This document shows, piece by piece, positions 9,941 through 19,873 of a DNA stretch of 64,000 nt. Both the position numbers and the translations under genes were made by a program. The notes beneath the pieces were generated by a model. That model did not search any database. It worked only from the letters and a program-made list of their open reading frames with translations, and was not told the DNA's origin. The number at the start of each line of letters is the position of its first letter. The first letter of the stretch is position 1. This stretch comes from an uncultured Gemmatimonadales bacterium (lineage in GTDB: Bacteria > Gemmatimonadota > Gemmatimonadetes > Gemmatimonadales > Gemmatimonadaceae). The stretch spans positions 4,416,001-4,480,000 of the forward strand of contig OY969695.1 of the NCBI GenBank assembly GCA_963701965.1, given 5' to 3'.

Positions 9941-10956
9941 CGCGCGTCGGAGCCCCGCCGCTCGAAGTGCTCGCCGAGTCGCCGACGGCGTTCGAGTTCT
10001 TCCAGGCGGTGCGCCTCCTCATGGCCGCCGCGCCCGATCGCGCCGCTATCGGCGAATTCGGCGATCCGGCGGAGGAAGCGGTGCGGTTTACCGTGAATCC
10101 GGAGCTGGGATTCCCGGCCAGCGAGATCGCCGGCCTCGATATGCAGGAGAGCCCCCGGCGTCTCGCCGTGAACTTCATGGGCCTCACGGGGCCCCTCGGG
10201 GTCCTGCCGCTCAACTACTCGATGCACTTGGCCGAGCGCGTCCGGCAGCGGGACACGGCGATGCGGGACTTTCTGGACATCTTCAACCACCGCATGATCT
10301 CGCTGTTCTATCGCGCGTGGGAGAAGAGCCGGTTCGTCATCGGATACGGACGCCATCAACAGGATGGCCTGACGCGCCATCTGCTGGACTTGGTGGGCCT
10401 GGGCACGCCGGGACTCCAACGGCGGATGCCGGTGCACGACGAGGCGCTCCTGTACTACGCCGGCGCGCTCACGCCGCGCACCCGACCGGCGGCGGCGCTC
10501 GAGGGCATGCTGGCCGATTATTTCGGGGTGCCGGTCGCCGTCGAGCAGTTCGTCGGGGCCTGGTACGCGCTCGAAGGTTCCGCCTACTGCGTCCTGGGCG
10601 ATGAAGATGACGCCGGCGCGCTCGGCGGCGCCGTCATCGGTGAAGAGGTGTGGGACGCCCAGGCGCGGATCCGCGTCCGCATGGGTCCCCTCACCCGGAA
10701 ACAGTATGACGATCTGCTCCCCGCCGGTCGCGGCTGGAAGACGCTGGTAACGCTGGCGCGCTTCTTCGTCGGCGACCAGCTCGACGTCGACGTCCAACTC
10801 GTCCTGGCGCGCGACGAAGTCCGTCCTTGCGCGCTGGGCGCCGAGGACGCCGACGCGTTGCCCCTCGGATGGACCACGTGGCTGACGTCGGCGCCCATGA
10901 CCCGCGACCCCGACGACACTCTGCTCACCCTCTCCGCAGCACAGGAGGCCGCATGA
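9937..10956 (+). CDS. tssG: T6SS baseplate TssG
   Basis: FEFFQAVRLL...FMGLTGPLGVLP...DFLDIFNHRMISLFYRAWEK...LGWTTWL. Confidence 0.95.
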   Translation: MTRVGAPPLEVLAESPTAFEFFQAVRLLMAAAPDRAAIGEFGDPAEEAVRFTVNPELGFPASEIAGLDMQESPRRLAVNFMGLTGPLGVLPLNYSMHLAERVRQRDTAMRDFLDIFNHRMISLFYRAWEKSRFVIGYGRHQQDGLTRHLLDLVGLGTPGLQRRMPVHDEALLYYAGALTPRTRPAAALEGMLADYFGVPVAVEQFVGAWYALEGSAYCVLGDEDDAGALGGAVIGEEVWDAQARIRVRMGPLTRKQYDDLLPAGRGWKTLVTLARFFVGDQLDVDVQLVLARDEVRPCALGAEDADALPLGWTTWLTSAPMTRDPDDTLLTLSAAQEAA

Positions 10957-13631
10957 CCGTCGATTTGCGAGCCCTCATCGGCAAGCTCAATCCCGCCACC
11001 CGCGGCGCCCTCGAGGCCTCGGCTGGCCTCTGCTTGTCCCGCACGCACTACGACGTGGAGCTCGAGCACTATCTGCTCAAACTCCTCGATCGGAGCGACG
11101 GCGACTTCGTCGCCATCGCCAAGCACTACGAGATCGACCGGTCCAAGCTGGCCAAAGACTTGGCCGCGGGACTCGACAAGCTGAAATCCGGCAACGCACG
11201 CACGCCCAGCCTGAGCCCCTCGCTGGTCAAGGCCTTCACGGACGGCTGGACGCTGGGGTCGATCGAGTACGGCGCCACCAAGGTGCGCACGGGGCACACG
11301 ATCCTCGCCATCGCATCCTCCGACGAGCTGTCGCGGATGGCCCGCGATATCAGCCGCGAGCTGACCAAGATCAAGGCCGCGGATCTCCAACACGAATTCG
11401 CGAATGTGGTGGCCACCTCTTCGGAGGATGGCGGTGCCGCCGCGGCCAGCGACGACGGGTCGCCCGCGGAGCGGACGCGCGGCGGGTCGGGGCAGTCGCC
11501 GAATCTCGACCAGTTCACGATCGACCTGACCGAGAAAGCCCGCGCCGGGAAGATCGATCCGGTGCTGGGCCGCGATACCGAGGTGCGCCAGGTCGTCGAT
11601 ATCCTCACGCGGCGCCGCCAGAACAATCCGATCCTCGTGGGTGAGGCGGGCGTCGGCAAGACCGCGGTCGTCGAGGGCTTCGCCGTGCGCATCGCCGCGG
11701 GGGATGTGCCGCCGCCGCTTCGCGGCGTGACGCTGCGGACGCTCGACTTGGCCTTGCTCCAGGCGGGCGCGGGGGTCAAGGGCGAGTTCGAGAATCGCCT
11801 CAAGGGCTTGATCGAGGAAGTCAAGAACAGCGAGTCGCCGATCATCCTGTTCATCGACGAAGCGCACACCATGATTGGCGCCGGCGGCCAGGCGGGACAG
11901 AACGACGCGGCCAACCTGCTCAAGCCCGCGCTGGCTCGCGGCGAGCTGCGCACGATCGGCGCCACGACGTGGTCGGAGTACAAGAAGTACTTCGAGAAGG
12001 ATCCGGCGCTCTCGCGCCGGTTCCAGGTCGTGAAGGTCGACGAGCCGACCGAGGATGTCTGCAAGCTCATGATGCGGGGCGTCGGTCCGGCTCTCGAAAA
12101 GCACCACAAGGTCCGCATTCTCGACGCCGGTCTGGACGCCGCCGTGCGCCTGTCGCACCGCTATCTGCCCGACCGGCAACTGCCCGACAAGGCGGTGAGC
12201 GTGCTGGACACGGCCTGCGCGCGTCTGGCGCTGGAACAGAGCGCGACGCCGGCGGCCGTCGAAGACCTCGGCCGCCAGCTCGACGACGTCGCCGTGCAAA
12301 CGCGCATTCTCGAGCGCGAAGGCGCCACGGGCGCCGATGTCGCCGAGCGGCTGGCGGCGCTCGCCTCCCGGCGTGGGCAGCTGGAAAAAGAACGCGAAGC
12401 CGCCACGGCGCGCTGGAAGCGCGAGGTCGAGCTGGTCAAACAGCTTCTCGTCATCCGGGAGCGATTGGAGGCGGGGGCGACCGGCGGCGCACCCGCGGGC
12501 GATGGTGATCGGAAAGAACTGGCCCGGCTCGACGCCGAGCTGGAGACGCTCCAGGGCGAGGCGCCGCTGGTACGGGTCTGCGTGGACGCCGGCATCGTGG
12601 GCGACGTCATCTCGGGATGGACCGGGATTCCGGTCGGGAAGATGCTGCGGGACGACCTCGCCGCCGTGCTGGCCTTGGAAGGTCAGTTGGGAAGTCGCGT
12701 GATCGGTCAGAATCACGCCCTGGAGGTCATGAGCAAACGCGTGCGTACGTCGAAGGCCGGGATCGAGGACCCCAACAAACCGGTCGGCGTGTTCATGCTC
12801 GTGGGCCCCAGTGGCGTCGGCAAGACCGAGACGGCCCTCGCGCTCTCCGACCTCCTGTACGGCGGAGAGCGGAACCTGATCACGATCAACATGTCGGAGT
12901 TCCAGGAGCCGCACACCGTGTCGACCCTCAAGGGGTCGCCTCCCGGATACGTCGGCTACGGGGAGGGCGGGGTGCTCACCGAGGCCGTCCGCCGGCGCCC
13001 CTATTCAGTCGTTTTGCTCGACGAGGTCGAAAAAGCGCACCCGGACGTGCTGGAGCTGTTCTTCCAGGTCTTCGACAAGGGCCAGATGGAGGATGGTGAG
13101 GGTCGAAACATAGACTTCAAGAACACCATCATCATCCTGACCACGAACGCCGGGACCGAGACGATCATGAAGCTCTGCGCTGATCCCGAGACCATGCCGT
13201 CCATGGACGGTTTGGCCAAGGCGCTCAAACCCGAGTTGGACAAGGTGTTCAAGCCGGCGTTCCTCGGGCGCATGGTGATCGTGCCGTATTTCCCCATCCG
13301 CGACGAGGCCCTGGCCCGCATCATCCGGCTCAAGCTCGGCAAGATCGAGCGCCGGCTGGCCGAAGTGCACCGGGTGACGCTCAAGTGGGGCGACGATCTG
13401 GTGGCCACGGTGGCGAGCCGCTGCACGGAGGTCGAAAGCGGGGCCCGCAACGTCGACAACATTCTGACCAACGGGCTGCTGCCGGAAGTCTCGCGCATCC
13501 TGTTGGAGTCGATGGTTGGTGGCGATCGTCTCACGGCGGTCCGCATCGGCATCGGAGACAATGGGGCGTTCACGTATCACCCCGAGCGCGCGCCGGATGA
13601 TGCCGGCCGCCTCGCCTCCCTTCCGGCCTGA
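10953..13631 (+). CDS. tssH: T6SS AAA+ ATPase TssH/ClpV
   Basis: Two AAA+ modules (GEAGVGKT, GPSGVGKT), ClpV N-terminus LRALIGKLN...SRTHYDVELEH, KGSPPGYVGYGEGG. Confidence 0.97.
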   Translation: MTVDLRALIGKLNPATRGALEASAGLCLSRTHYDVELEHYLLKLLDRSDGDFVAIAKHYEIDRSKLAKDLAAGLDKLKSGNARTPSLSPSLVKAFTDGWTLGSIEYGATKVRTGHTILAIASSDELSRMARDISRELTKIKAADLQHEFANVVATSSEDGGAAAASDDGSPAERTRGGSGQSPNLDQFTIDLTEKARAGKIDPVLGRDTEVRQVVDILTRRRQNNPILVGEAGVGKTAVVEGFAVRIAAGDVPPPLRGVTLRTLDLALLQAGAGVKGEFENRLKGLIEEVKNSESPIILFIDEAHTMIGAGGQAGQNDAANLLKPALARGELRTIGATTWSEYKKYFEKDPALSRRFQVVKVDEPTEDVCKLMMRGVGPALEKHHKVRILDAGLDAAVRLSHRYLPDRQLPDKAVSVLDTACARLALEQSATPAAVEDLGRQLDDVAVQTRILEREGATGADVAERLAALASRRGQLEKEREAATARWKREVELVKQLLVIRERLEAGATGGAPAGDGDRKELARLDAELETLQGEAPLVRVCVDAGIVGDVISGWTGIPVGKMLRDDLAAVLALEGQLGSRVIGQNHALEVMSKRVRTSKAGIEDPNKPVGVFMLVGPSGVGKTETALALSDLLYGGERNLITINMSEFQEPHTVSTLKGSPPGYVGYGEGGVLTEAVRRRPYSVVLLDEVEKAHPDVLELFFQVFDKGQMEDGEGRNIDFKNTIIILTTNAGTETIMKLCADPETMPSMDGLAKALKPELDKVFKPAFLGRMVIVPYFPIRDEALARIIRLKLGKIERRLAEVHRVTLKWGDDLVATVASRCTEVESGARNVDNILTNGLLPEVSRILLESMVGGDRLTAVRIGIGDNGAFTYHPERAPDDAGRLASLPA

Positions 13632-13639
13632 GCGTTCGC

Positions 13640-15661
13640 ATGTCCGACATGACACAGAGCGGCCCCATGAAAGTCTCGACCTCGCTCGGCGGCGATGCGC
13701 TGCTGCTGAGCCGATTCGAGGGCGTGGAGGAGATCTCGACTCCGTTCGTGTTCACGGTCGACCTGCTGTCCGAGCAGGGGAAGGATATCAGCATCACCAG
13801 CATGCTCATGAAGCCCCTCGTGTTGGAGTTGGACACCGGGAGCGGCATGCGGTACATCCACGGCATCATCCGGCGTTTCATCCAACAAGACATCGACCCC
13901 CGCGGGCTGTACCGGTATCGGGCGGAGATCGTGCCCTCGCTGTGGTTCCTCTCGATGATCACGGATTGCCGCATCTATCAGCAGATGACGGCGCTCGACA
14001 TCGTCGAGGATGTGCTCAAGCGGAACGGCGTGACCGCGATCTCCGTCAAGACGAACAAGAGCTACACCACGCGGGACTACTGCGTCCAGTATCGCGAGAC
14101 CGATCTCCAGTTCGTGAGCCGGCTCATGGAGGAGGAAGGGATCTTCTACTTCTTCGAGCACAGCGACTCCGCGCACACGATGGTGATCGGCGATGATGGC
14201 AGCGCGTTCAAGCCGACGCCGGGACCGCAGACGATCAGCGCGGCCAGCAAGCGGGCGGGGGGGGTGTCCTACGAGGATGCCGTTCGCGGCATCCAGTGGA
14301 ATGGCCACGCGTGGACGGGCAACGTCACGCTGCGGGACATGAATTACCTCGATAGTCCCATCGCGCCCATGGAAACGACCGTGAGCGGCCGCACCGCCGA
14401 TCGGAATCTCTTCGACTATCCGGGCAAGTTCCTGGATCCGAGTGCCGGTCAGAAGTTGGCCGACGTGCGGATCCAATCCATTGAGGCCGGGCAGGCGCTG
14501 CTCGAGGCCACGAGCACGTGCCGGGGCTTCACGTCGGGGAGTCAGTTCACGTTGGCCGACCACTTCCGGGACTACAACGGCGCCTGGACGCTCGTGCGCG
14601 TACACCACAGTGGCGCGGTGGGATATGGGGCGGATTCGGCGATGGGCGCCTCGTACATGAACGAGTTCACGGCGATCGCCAAAGAGGCCGTCTATCGGGC
14701 GGCGCAAACCACCCCGCGGCCGATCATTGCCGGGACGCAGACGGCCCTCGTCGTCGGCGCCAGCGGCAGTGAGATCGACACCGACAAGTACGGACGGGTG
14801 AAAGTCCAGTTCCATTGGGATCGCCTGGGCCAGAAAAACGAAAGCAGTTCCTGTTGGGTGCGCGTGGCCAGCATCTGGGCCGGCAAGCAATGGGGCGCGG
14901 TGCACCTCCCGCGCGTCGGCCAAGAAGTCGTCGTCGCCTTTGAAGAAGGGGATCCCGATCGACCGATCATCATCGGCAGCGTGTACAACGCCGAGATGAT
15001 GCCGCCGTACGATCTGCCGGCCAACAAGACGCAGAGTGGCATCAAGTCGCGCAGCACGACCAATGGCGGCACCGCCGACTTCAACGAGTTCCGCTTCGAG
15101 GACAAGAAGGGGAGCGAGCAGATCCTGCTCCACGCCCAGAAGGACCTCGCCGTCGAAATCGAGAATAGTCGCAGCGAATCGATCGGCAATGCCGAGACGA
15201 AGGTCATCGACAAGGGCGACTACACGGAAACGCTCAAGCAGGGCAATTACAGCCTCGACGTCAAGCAGGGTAATCACTCGACGGCGATCGACACCGGCGA
15301 TTGTTCGCTCGCGGTCAAGCTGGGGAAATACGCCGTTGACGTGAAGTCGGGCGACGTGACCATCTCGCTCGACCAGGGGAACATGACGACGGCCTTGGAG
15401 ATGGGAAACTCGTCGCTGCAGTGCAAACTCGGGAACATCTCGATCAAGACCGACCTCGGTCAGATCTCGCTGGAAGCAATGCAAGGCATCGAGCTCAAGG
15501 TCGGCGCCAACAGCATCAAGATCGATCAGACGGGCGTCACGATCTCGGGTATGATGGTCAAGATCGACGGACAGGTGCAAACGCAGGTCTCGGGGCTGAT
15601 GGCGCAGGTGAGTGGATCGGCGATGACGCAGATCTCCGGTGGCATCACCATGATCGGATAA
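13640..15661 (+). CDS. vgrG: T6SS spike protein VgrG (TssI) with gp5-like beta-helix repeats and no effector extension
   Basis: YCVQYRETDLQFVSRLMEEEGIFYFFEH; DKYGRVKVQFHWDR; PRVGQEVVVAFEEGDPDRP; ends GGITMIG. Confidence 0.97.
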   Translation: MSDMTQSGPMKVSTSLGGDALLLSRFEGVEEISTPFVFTVDLLSEQGKDISITSMLMKPLVLELDTGSGMRYIHGIIRRFIQQDIDPRGLYRYRAEIVPSLWFLSMITDCRIYQQMTALDIVEDVLKRNGVTAISVKTNKSYTTRDYCVQYRETDLQFVSRLMEEEGIFYFFEHSDSAHTMVIGDDGSAFKPTPGPQTISAASKRAGGVSYEDAVRGIQWNGHAWTGNVTLRDMNYLDSPIAPMETTVSGRTADRNLFDYPGKFLDPSAGQKLADVRIQSIEAGQALLEATSTCRGFTSGSQFTLADHFRDYNGAWTLVRVHHSGAVGYGADSAMGASYMNEFTAIAKEAVYRAAQTTPRPIIAGTQTALVVGASGSEIDTDKYGRVKVQFHWDRLGQKNESSSCWVRVASIWAGKQWGAVHLPRVGQEVVVAFEEGDPDRPIIIGSVYNAEMMPPYDLPANKTQSGIKSRSTTNGGTADFNEFRFEDKKGSEQILLHAQKDLAVEIENSRSESIGNAETKVIDKGDYTETLKQGNYSLDVKQGNHSTAIDTGDCSLAVKLGKYAVDVKSGDVTISLDQGNMTTALEMGNSSLQCKLGNISIKTDLGQISLEAMQGIELKVGANSIKIDQTGVTISGMMVKIDGQVQTQVSGLMAQVSGSAMTQISGGITMIG

Positions 15662-15664
15662 CCG

Positions 15665-16258
15665 ATGACCGCGACCAAGACGGCGGCACCGCCGCCACCG
15701 ATGCCGGCCAATGTGGCCAGGGCCGCCCAGCTGGGAGACGACGCCGCGAAAGCGCTCCGTCCGGGTCTCGGTTCCCGCGAGTACGTCGCGGCGCTCCTCG
15801 CCGCGTCGCTTTTTCGCGATGCCGTGCGCTTCGTCGCGTTCGCGCTGCCGCGACGCGAAGCGGTGTGGTGGGCGTTGCTGTGCGCGCGCGAAGCCGCGGG
15901 CGACGCCCCGCCGCCCGCGGTGCGGGCCGCCCTCGACGCGACGGACACGTGGGTGCGCCATCCGGGCGACGAACAGCGTCGCGCGGCGATGGCCGCCGCC
16001 AAAACCGCGGAATTCTCGACATCGGCCGGATGCGCGGGCCTGGCCGCCTTTCTGAGCGGCGGAAGCCTGTCCGTGCCGGGACAACCGGATGTGCCGCCCG
16101 GGCCGTTCGAGTGCGCCAAGGCCGCGTTTGGGGCCGTGGCGGTGGCGGCGATCGGCACCGACGCCAAGACGGCGAACGACCGATATCGCCGCTATGTCGA
16201 GCAGGGTCTGCACATCGGCGAAGGCGCGGGTGCGTGGCACCCCGGTGGGAAGGTCTAG
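15665..16258 (+). CDS. DUF6931-like (Imm5-like) protein found between vgrG and PAAR
   Basis: DAVRFVAFALPRREAVWWA...WVRHPGDEQRRAA...AAFLSGGSL; position directly after vgrG. Confidence 0.8.
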   Translation: MTATKTAAPPPPMPANVARAAQLGDDAAKALRPGLGSREYVAALLAASLFRDAVRFVAFALPRREAVWWALLCAREAAGDAPPPAVRAALDATDTWVRHPGDEQRRAAMAAAKTAEFSTSAGCAGLAAFLSGGSLSVPGQPDVPPGPFECAKAAFGAVAVAAIGTDAKTANDRYRRYVEQGLHIGEGAGAWHPGGKV

Positions 16259-16548
16259 TGGGACTACCGGCCGCCCGCCTCACCGACATGCACGTGTGCG
16301 CCATGGTGACAGGCATCGTGCCGCACGTCGGCGGCCCCGTTGTTGGCCCGGGATGTCCGACGGTCTTGATCGGCGGGCTGCCCGCCGCGCGGGTCGGCGA
16401 CATGGCCGTGTGCGTCGGACCGCCGGACGTGATCGCGATGGGCGCCTTCACGGTGCTCATCGGCGGAATGCCCGCCGCCCAGATGGGCAGCCTCACGGCC
16501 CACGGCGGCACCATCGTGCTGGGATGCCCCACGGTGTTGGTCGGATGA
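16258..16548 (+). CDS. PAAR-repeat spike tip protein, 96 aa, no toxin extension
   Basis: GTG start; PAARLTDMHVC...PHVGGP...PAARVGD...PAAQMG...TAHGG. Confidence 0.95.
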   Translation: MGLPAARLTDMHVCAMVTGIVPHVGGPVVGPGCPTVLIGGLPAARVGDMAVCVGPPDVIAMGAFTVLIGGMPAAQMGSLTAHGGTIVLGCPTVLVG

Positions 16549-16615
16549 CTGTTGCCCGTTCTGCCGCAGTGATGCAATCGTAGGCTCGTCCATTCACCAT
16601 CGCCGAGGGATTCCC

Positions 16616-18574
16616 TTGCGCGTCTTGATCCTGAGATCGACCGGACTCCTGGTTGCCTCAGCACTGGTCGCCTGTTCCAGCGATTCCCATTCGACCAACC
16701 CTGGTCGGATGGCCATTACGCCGGACACGGCGGCACTGTTTCTCGGAGACTCGCTCCAGCTGACCGTGGCGAGCGCGCCGGGCTTCATTACATGGAGCTC
16801 CAGCGACAGCACGGTCGTCTCCGTCCTCCACGGCATGCTCACGGCGTTGAGCCGGGGCCACGCGACCATTTCCGCGCTCTCGGGGTCGTCGACCGCCTCG
16901 GCGTCGGTCGACGTCACGCTGCCGCCCACCATTGCGCTGGCCACGACCAGCGTCACGTTCGAGGCGCCGACCGGCGCCGCCGCGCCACCCGCGCAGAACG
17001 TCGGCGTCGCCAACGGCGGTGATGGACCGCTCACCAATCTTTCGGTGGGCCTCATTACCTACAGCCCTGGTGCCGCCGGCTGGCTGACCGCCACGCTGCC
17101 GTCGTCGGCCACCGCGCCCACCACCCTGACCGTGCAACCGACGACGGCCAAGCTGGCCGCGGGCACGTACTCGGCGACCGTCCCGGTCCTCTCGCCGGAA
17201 GCGACGAACTCGCCGCGGTCGCTCACGGTCACTTACGTCATCGATCCGCCGTCGATCATCGTCCTGTCGCGGAGCTCCGTCGCCATCGCCGCCCAGGCCA
17301 ACGGCGCGCTGCCATCGGTCCAGACGGTCAGCATCACGAATAACGGCGGCGGCTCGGTCCAAGGCCTGGCGCCAGGAACGATCACGTACTCGGCAGGTGC
17401 GACCGGGTGGCTCACCGCGACTCTGACGTCAACCGTCGCGCCGTCCACCCTGAGTCTGACGGCGACGACCACGGCGCTGGCGGTCGGCACCTACACCGCC
17501 ACCGTGCCGCTCACCTCGACGACGGCGGGTGTGAGCCCGCTGTCGCTGACCGTGACGTACAGCGTCACGTCCACCGCGGCACCGGCCGCGATCGCCCTCT
17601 CGTCGTCGACGGCGTCGTTCACCGCCAACACCGGCGGCGTGCTACCGGCGGCGCAACCGGTCTCCGTGTCCAACAGCGGCGGCGGCGCGTTGACGGGCCT
17701 GACGGCCAGTATCACCTACGGCGCCGGTGCGTCGGGCTGGCTCGGGGCCACGCTCAACAGCACGAGCGCGCCGGCCACATTGAGCGTGCGACCGTCGACG
17801 GTCCTCGCGGCCGGGACGTACACGGCCACTGTGAGCGTCGCATCGGCGACGGCGTCCAACACGCCGCAGAATGTCGGCGTCACCTACACGGTCACGACGG
17901 CGCCAATCATCACGGTGTCGGCCACCTCGGCGTCCTTCCTGTCGCAACAGGCGAACGTCGATCCGGCGAATCAGATCATCAATGTCTCGAACACGGGCGG
18001 GGGATCCCTGACCGGCCTTTCGACGGCGATCGTCTACAAGGGCGCCAACACGGGATGGCTCACCGCGACGGTGGCGGGCACCGCGCCGCTCAATCCGTCG
18101 ACGACGCCGCTCACGCTGCAAGTCACGACGGGAACGATCGTGCCCAGCACCGACACCGCGACGGTCACGCTCTCGTCGACGGTGTCTGGAGTGGCCCCGA
18201 AGGCCGTGACCGTGGTCTTCCTGCGACAGGCGACCCTGACGAACGACGTCATCCCGCAGGTGTTCGCGGGGGCCGGCGGCTGCACGTCGTGCCACTCCGG
18301 CAGCACGCCCGCGGATGGCCTCGACTTGTCGACGCCGAGCTCGGCGTTCGCCGGTCTCGTGGGCGCCACGCCGACGGCGACGGTGTCGCCGCCGATTCAG
18401 TTCCGTGTCGCGGCGGGTGACTCGACGAATAGTTGGCTCAATCTCGAGCTCAAAGGTCAAGCGGGTTCCGCCAACATGCCGTTCGGCTGCTCCACCGCCG
18501 GGACGCCGCCGTGCATTTCCTCCGCTCTGCAGAAACTCGTCGCGACGTGGATCCAACAAGGGGCGATTCAATGA
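16616..18574 (+). CDS. Lipoprotein: Ig-like (Big_2) domain, four BACON-like repeats, C-terminal c-type cytochrome domain
   Basis: Lipobox LVAC; WSSSDSTVVSV...GHATISA; four ~105-aa repeats with N.GGG/GWL.ATL/GTY.ATV; CTSCH...MP...WIQQGA. Confidence 0.8.
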   Translation: MRVLILRSTGLLVASALVACSSDSHSTNPGRMAITPDTAALFLGDSLQLTVASAPGFITWSSSDSTVVSVLHGMLTALSRGHATISALSGSSTASASVDVTLPPTIALATTSVTFEAPTGAAAPPAQNVGVANGGDGPLTNLSVGLITYSPGAAGWLTATLPSSATAPTTLTVQPTTAKLAAGTYSATVPVLSPEATNSPRSLTVTYVIDPPSIIVLSRSSVAIAAQANGALPSVQTVSITNNGGGSVQGLAPGTITYSAGATGWLTATLTSTVAPSTLSLTATTTALAVGTYTATVPLTSTTAGVSPLSLTVTYSVTSTAAPAAIALSSSTASFTANTGGVLPAAQPVSVSNSGGGALTGLTASITYGAGASGWLGATLNSTSAPATLSVRPSTVLAAGTYTATVSVASATASNTPQNVGVTYTVTTAPIITVSATSASFLSQQANVDPANQIINVSNTGGGSLTGLSTAIVYKGANTGWLTATVAGTAPLNPSTTPLTLQVTTGTIVPSTDTATVTLSSTVSGVAPKAVTVVFLRQATLTNDVIPQVFAGAGGCTSCHSGSTPADGLDLSTPSSAFAGLVGATPTATVSPPIQFRVAAGDSTNSWLNLELKGQAGSANMPFGCSTAGTPPCISSALQKLVATWIQQGAIQ

Positions 18575-19863
18575 TGCGTGCGTGGCCACGGTCCGCGATG
18601 GTCGCCGTCGTCCTCTTGGCGACTCGGTTGCCGGCGCAAGAGCCGAACATGAAGACGGATATCCGCAATCTGTTCCACTTCGGCACGTGCTCGGAGCTGA
18701 TCTGTCTCAGCTTGTCCGCGGGCCCACACGGGTCGCACTTCAACCCGGATGCCGATGCCAGCGGCCAGGAGTTGATCGACTTCCTGGATCAAGCGATCAC
18801 GACCAGCATCGGCGACGTGCCGATCGGCGGCACCAGCAGCGGCGCGGTCTTCTCGTTCGACGCGAACGGCGTCCCGATCGCCTCGTCGGGCTCGACCGGG
18901 CCGATATTCGGCGAACGCGCGCAGACGCTGGGGCGCGGGCACCTCGTCGTCGGTGTCAACGGCACCAGTGAGAATTTCGCGGCGATTCGCGGCGTGCCGC
19001 TGAGCGACATGTCCCTGGCCCTCACGCACCAGAACAACGATCCGCTCAGCGGCAACAAGCTGGGCGATCCGACGTTCGAATACGACTATATCCAGATCAA
19101 CACGTCGATGCGCCTGTCGCTGCAGACGTACGCGGCGTACATCACGTACGGCTTGGCGAACCACGTGGACTTGAGCGTGGCCGTGCCGCTCGTGCACCTG
19201 ACGTTCAACGGCACGAGTATCGCGAGGATCGTCACCAGCAACCCGGGCCCGGCCGATCACTACTTCAAGGGCACTGCGACGAACCCGCAGCTCGTGGATA
19301 CCACGCACAGCTCGGGCAACGTCACGGGCGTCGGCGACATGTCTATACGCCTCAAGGCCAATCTCTACCAGTCGGCCGGGGCCGGGTTCTCGCTGCTCGC
19401 CGACCTCCGTCTGCCGACGGGCGACCAGAACAACCTCCTGGGCACCGGGACGATCTCCTGGCGAGCCCTGGCGATCGCCTCTACGCGCTGGGGATTCGTT
19501 GAGCCCCACATCAATGTCGGATATGAGTATCAGAATGCGATTACCGAGACGGGAGCCGCGTTGACGACCGTCGGGCTCGATGCCCGGTTGGCGTCGCCGA
19601 TCACGTTCGCGGGCGAGGTCATCGGCCGCTGGGCCGTGGGTCCCAACGTGCCGTTGCCGGGGCCGGCGTCGTATATAGATGGTAGTGTCGTCCAGCGAAC
19701 GACGTTTCCGAATCAGCGCGACAACAATCTCGATGGGGCGGTGGGTCTCAAAATCGGCGTCGGGGCGGGGTTCACCTTGCTCGGCAATACGATCTTCCCG
19801 ATTCAGGACAACGGAGTCAAGTCGAACCTGATTTGGACTGTCGGACTCGAACGGAGCTTTTAA
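18571..19863 (+). CDS. Outer-membrane beta-barrel protein (SphA/MetA-pathway 'transporter'-like)
   Basis: Signal peptide, alternating amphipathic strands, GVGDMSIRLK, LPTGDQNNLLGTG, C-terminal Phe (LERSF); ATG overlaps the upstream TGA. Confidence 0.72.
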   Translation: MMRAWPRSAMVAVVLLATRLPAQEPNMKTDIRNLFHFGTCSELICLSLSAGPHGSHFNPDADASGQELIDFLDQAITTSIGDVPIGGTSSGAVFSFDANGVPIASSGSTGPIFGERAQTLGRGHLVVGVNGTSENFAAIRGVPLSDMSLALTHQNNDPLSGNKLGDPTFEYDYIQINTSMRLSLQTYAAYITYGLANHVDLSVAVPLVHLTFNGTSIARIVTSNPGPADHYFKGTATNPQLVDTTHSSGNVTGVGDMSIRLKANLYQSAGAGFSLLADLRLPTGDQNNLLGTGTISWRALAIASTRWGFVEPHINVGYEYQNAITETGAALTTVGLDARLASPITFAGEVIGRWAVGPNVPLPGPASYIDGSVVQRTTFPNQRDNNLDGAVGLKIGVGAGFTLLGNTIFPIQDNGVKSNLIWTVGLERSF

Positions 19864-19873
19864 TCTTCAGTCT

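Noticed and set aside
14257..14264. G8 run in vgrG as a phase-variation switch
   Set aside because: The gene is in frame, the run encodes Ala-Gly-Gly-Val, and such runs are plausible by chance at this GC content.
4748..16240. Long antisense ORFs over the T6SS genes (for example 4748-7417, 10584-12914, 13577-16240)
   Set aside because: Shadow ORFs expected in high-GC DNA; Arg/Gly-rich with no motifs, and opposite well-supported genes.
2528..16548. Prophage tail or extracellular contractile injection system
   Set aside because: TssA, TssK, ClpV, TagJ and a split TssB/TssC sheath identify a T6SS; there are no capsid, terminase or tape-measure genes.
16920..18230. CRISPR-like or DNA-level repeat array
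   Set aside because: The repeats are diverged protein-domain repeats inside a CDS; no spacer structure or cas genes occur anywhere in the window.
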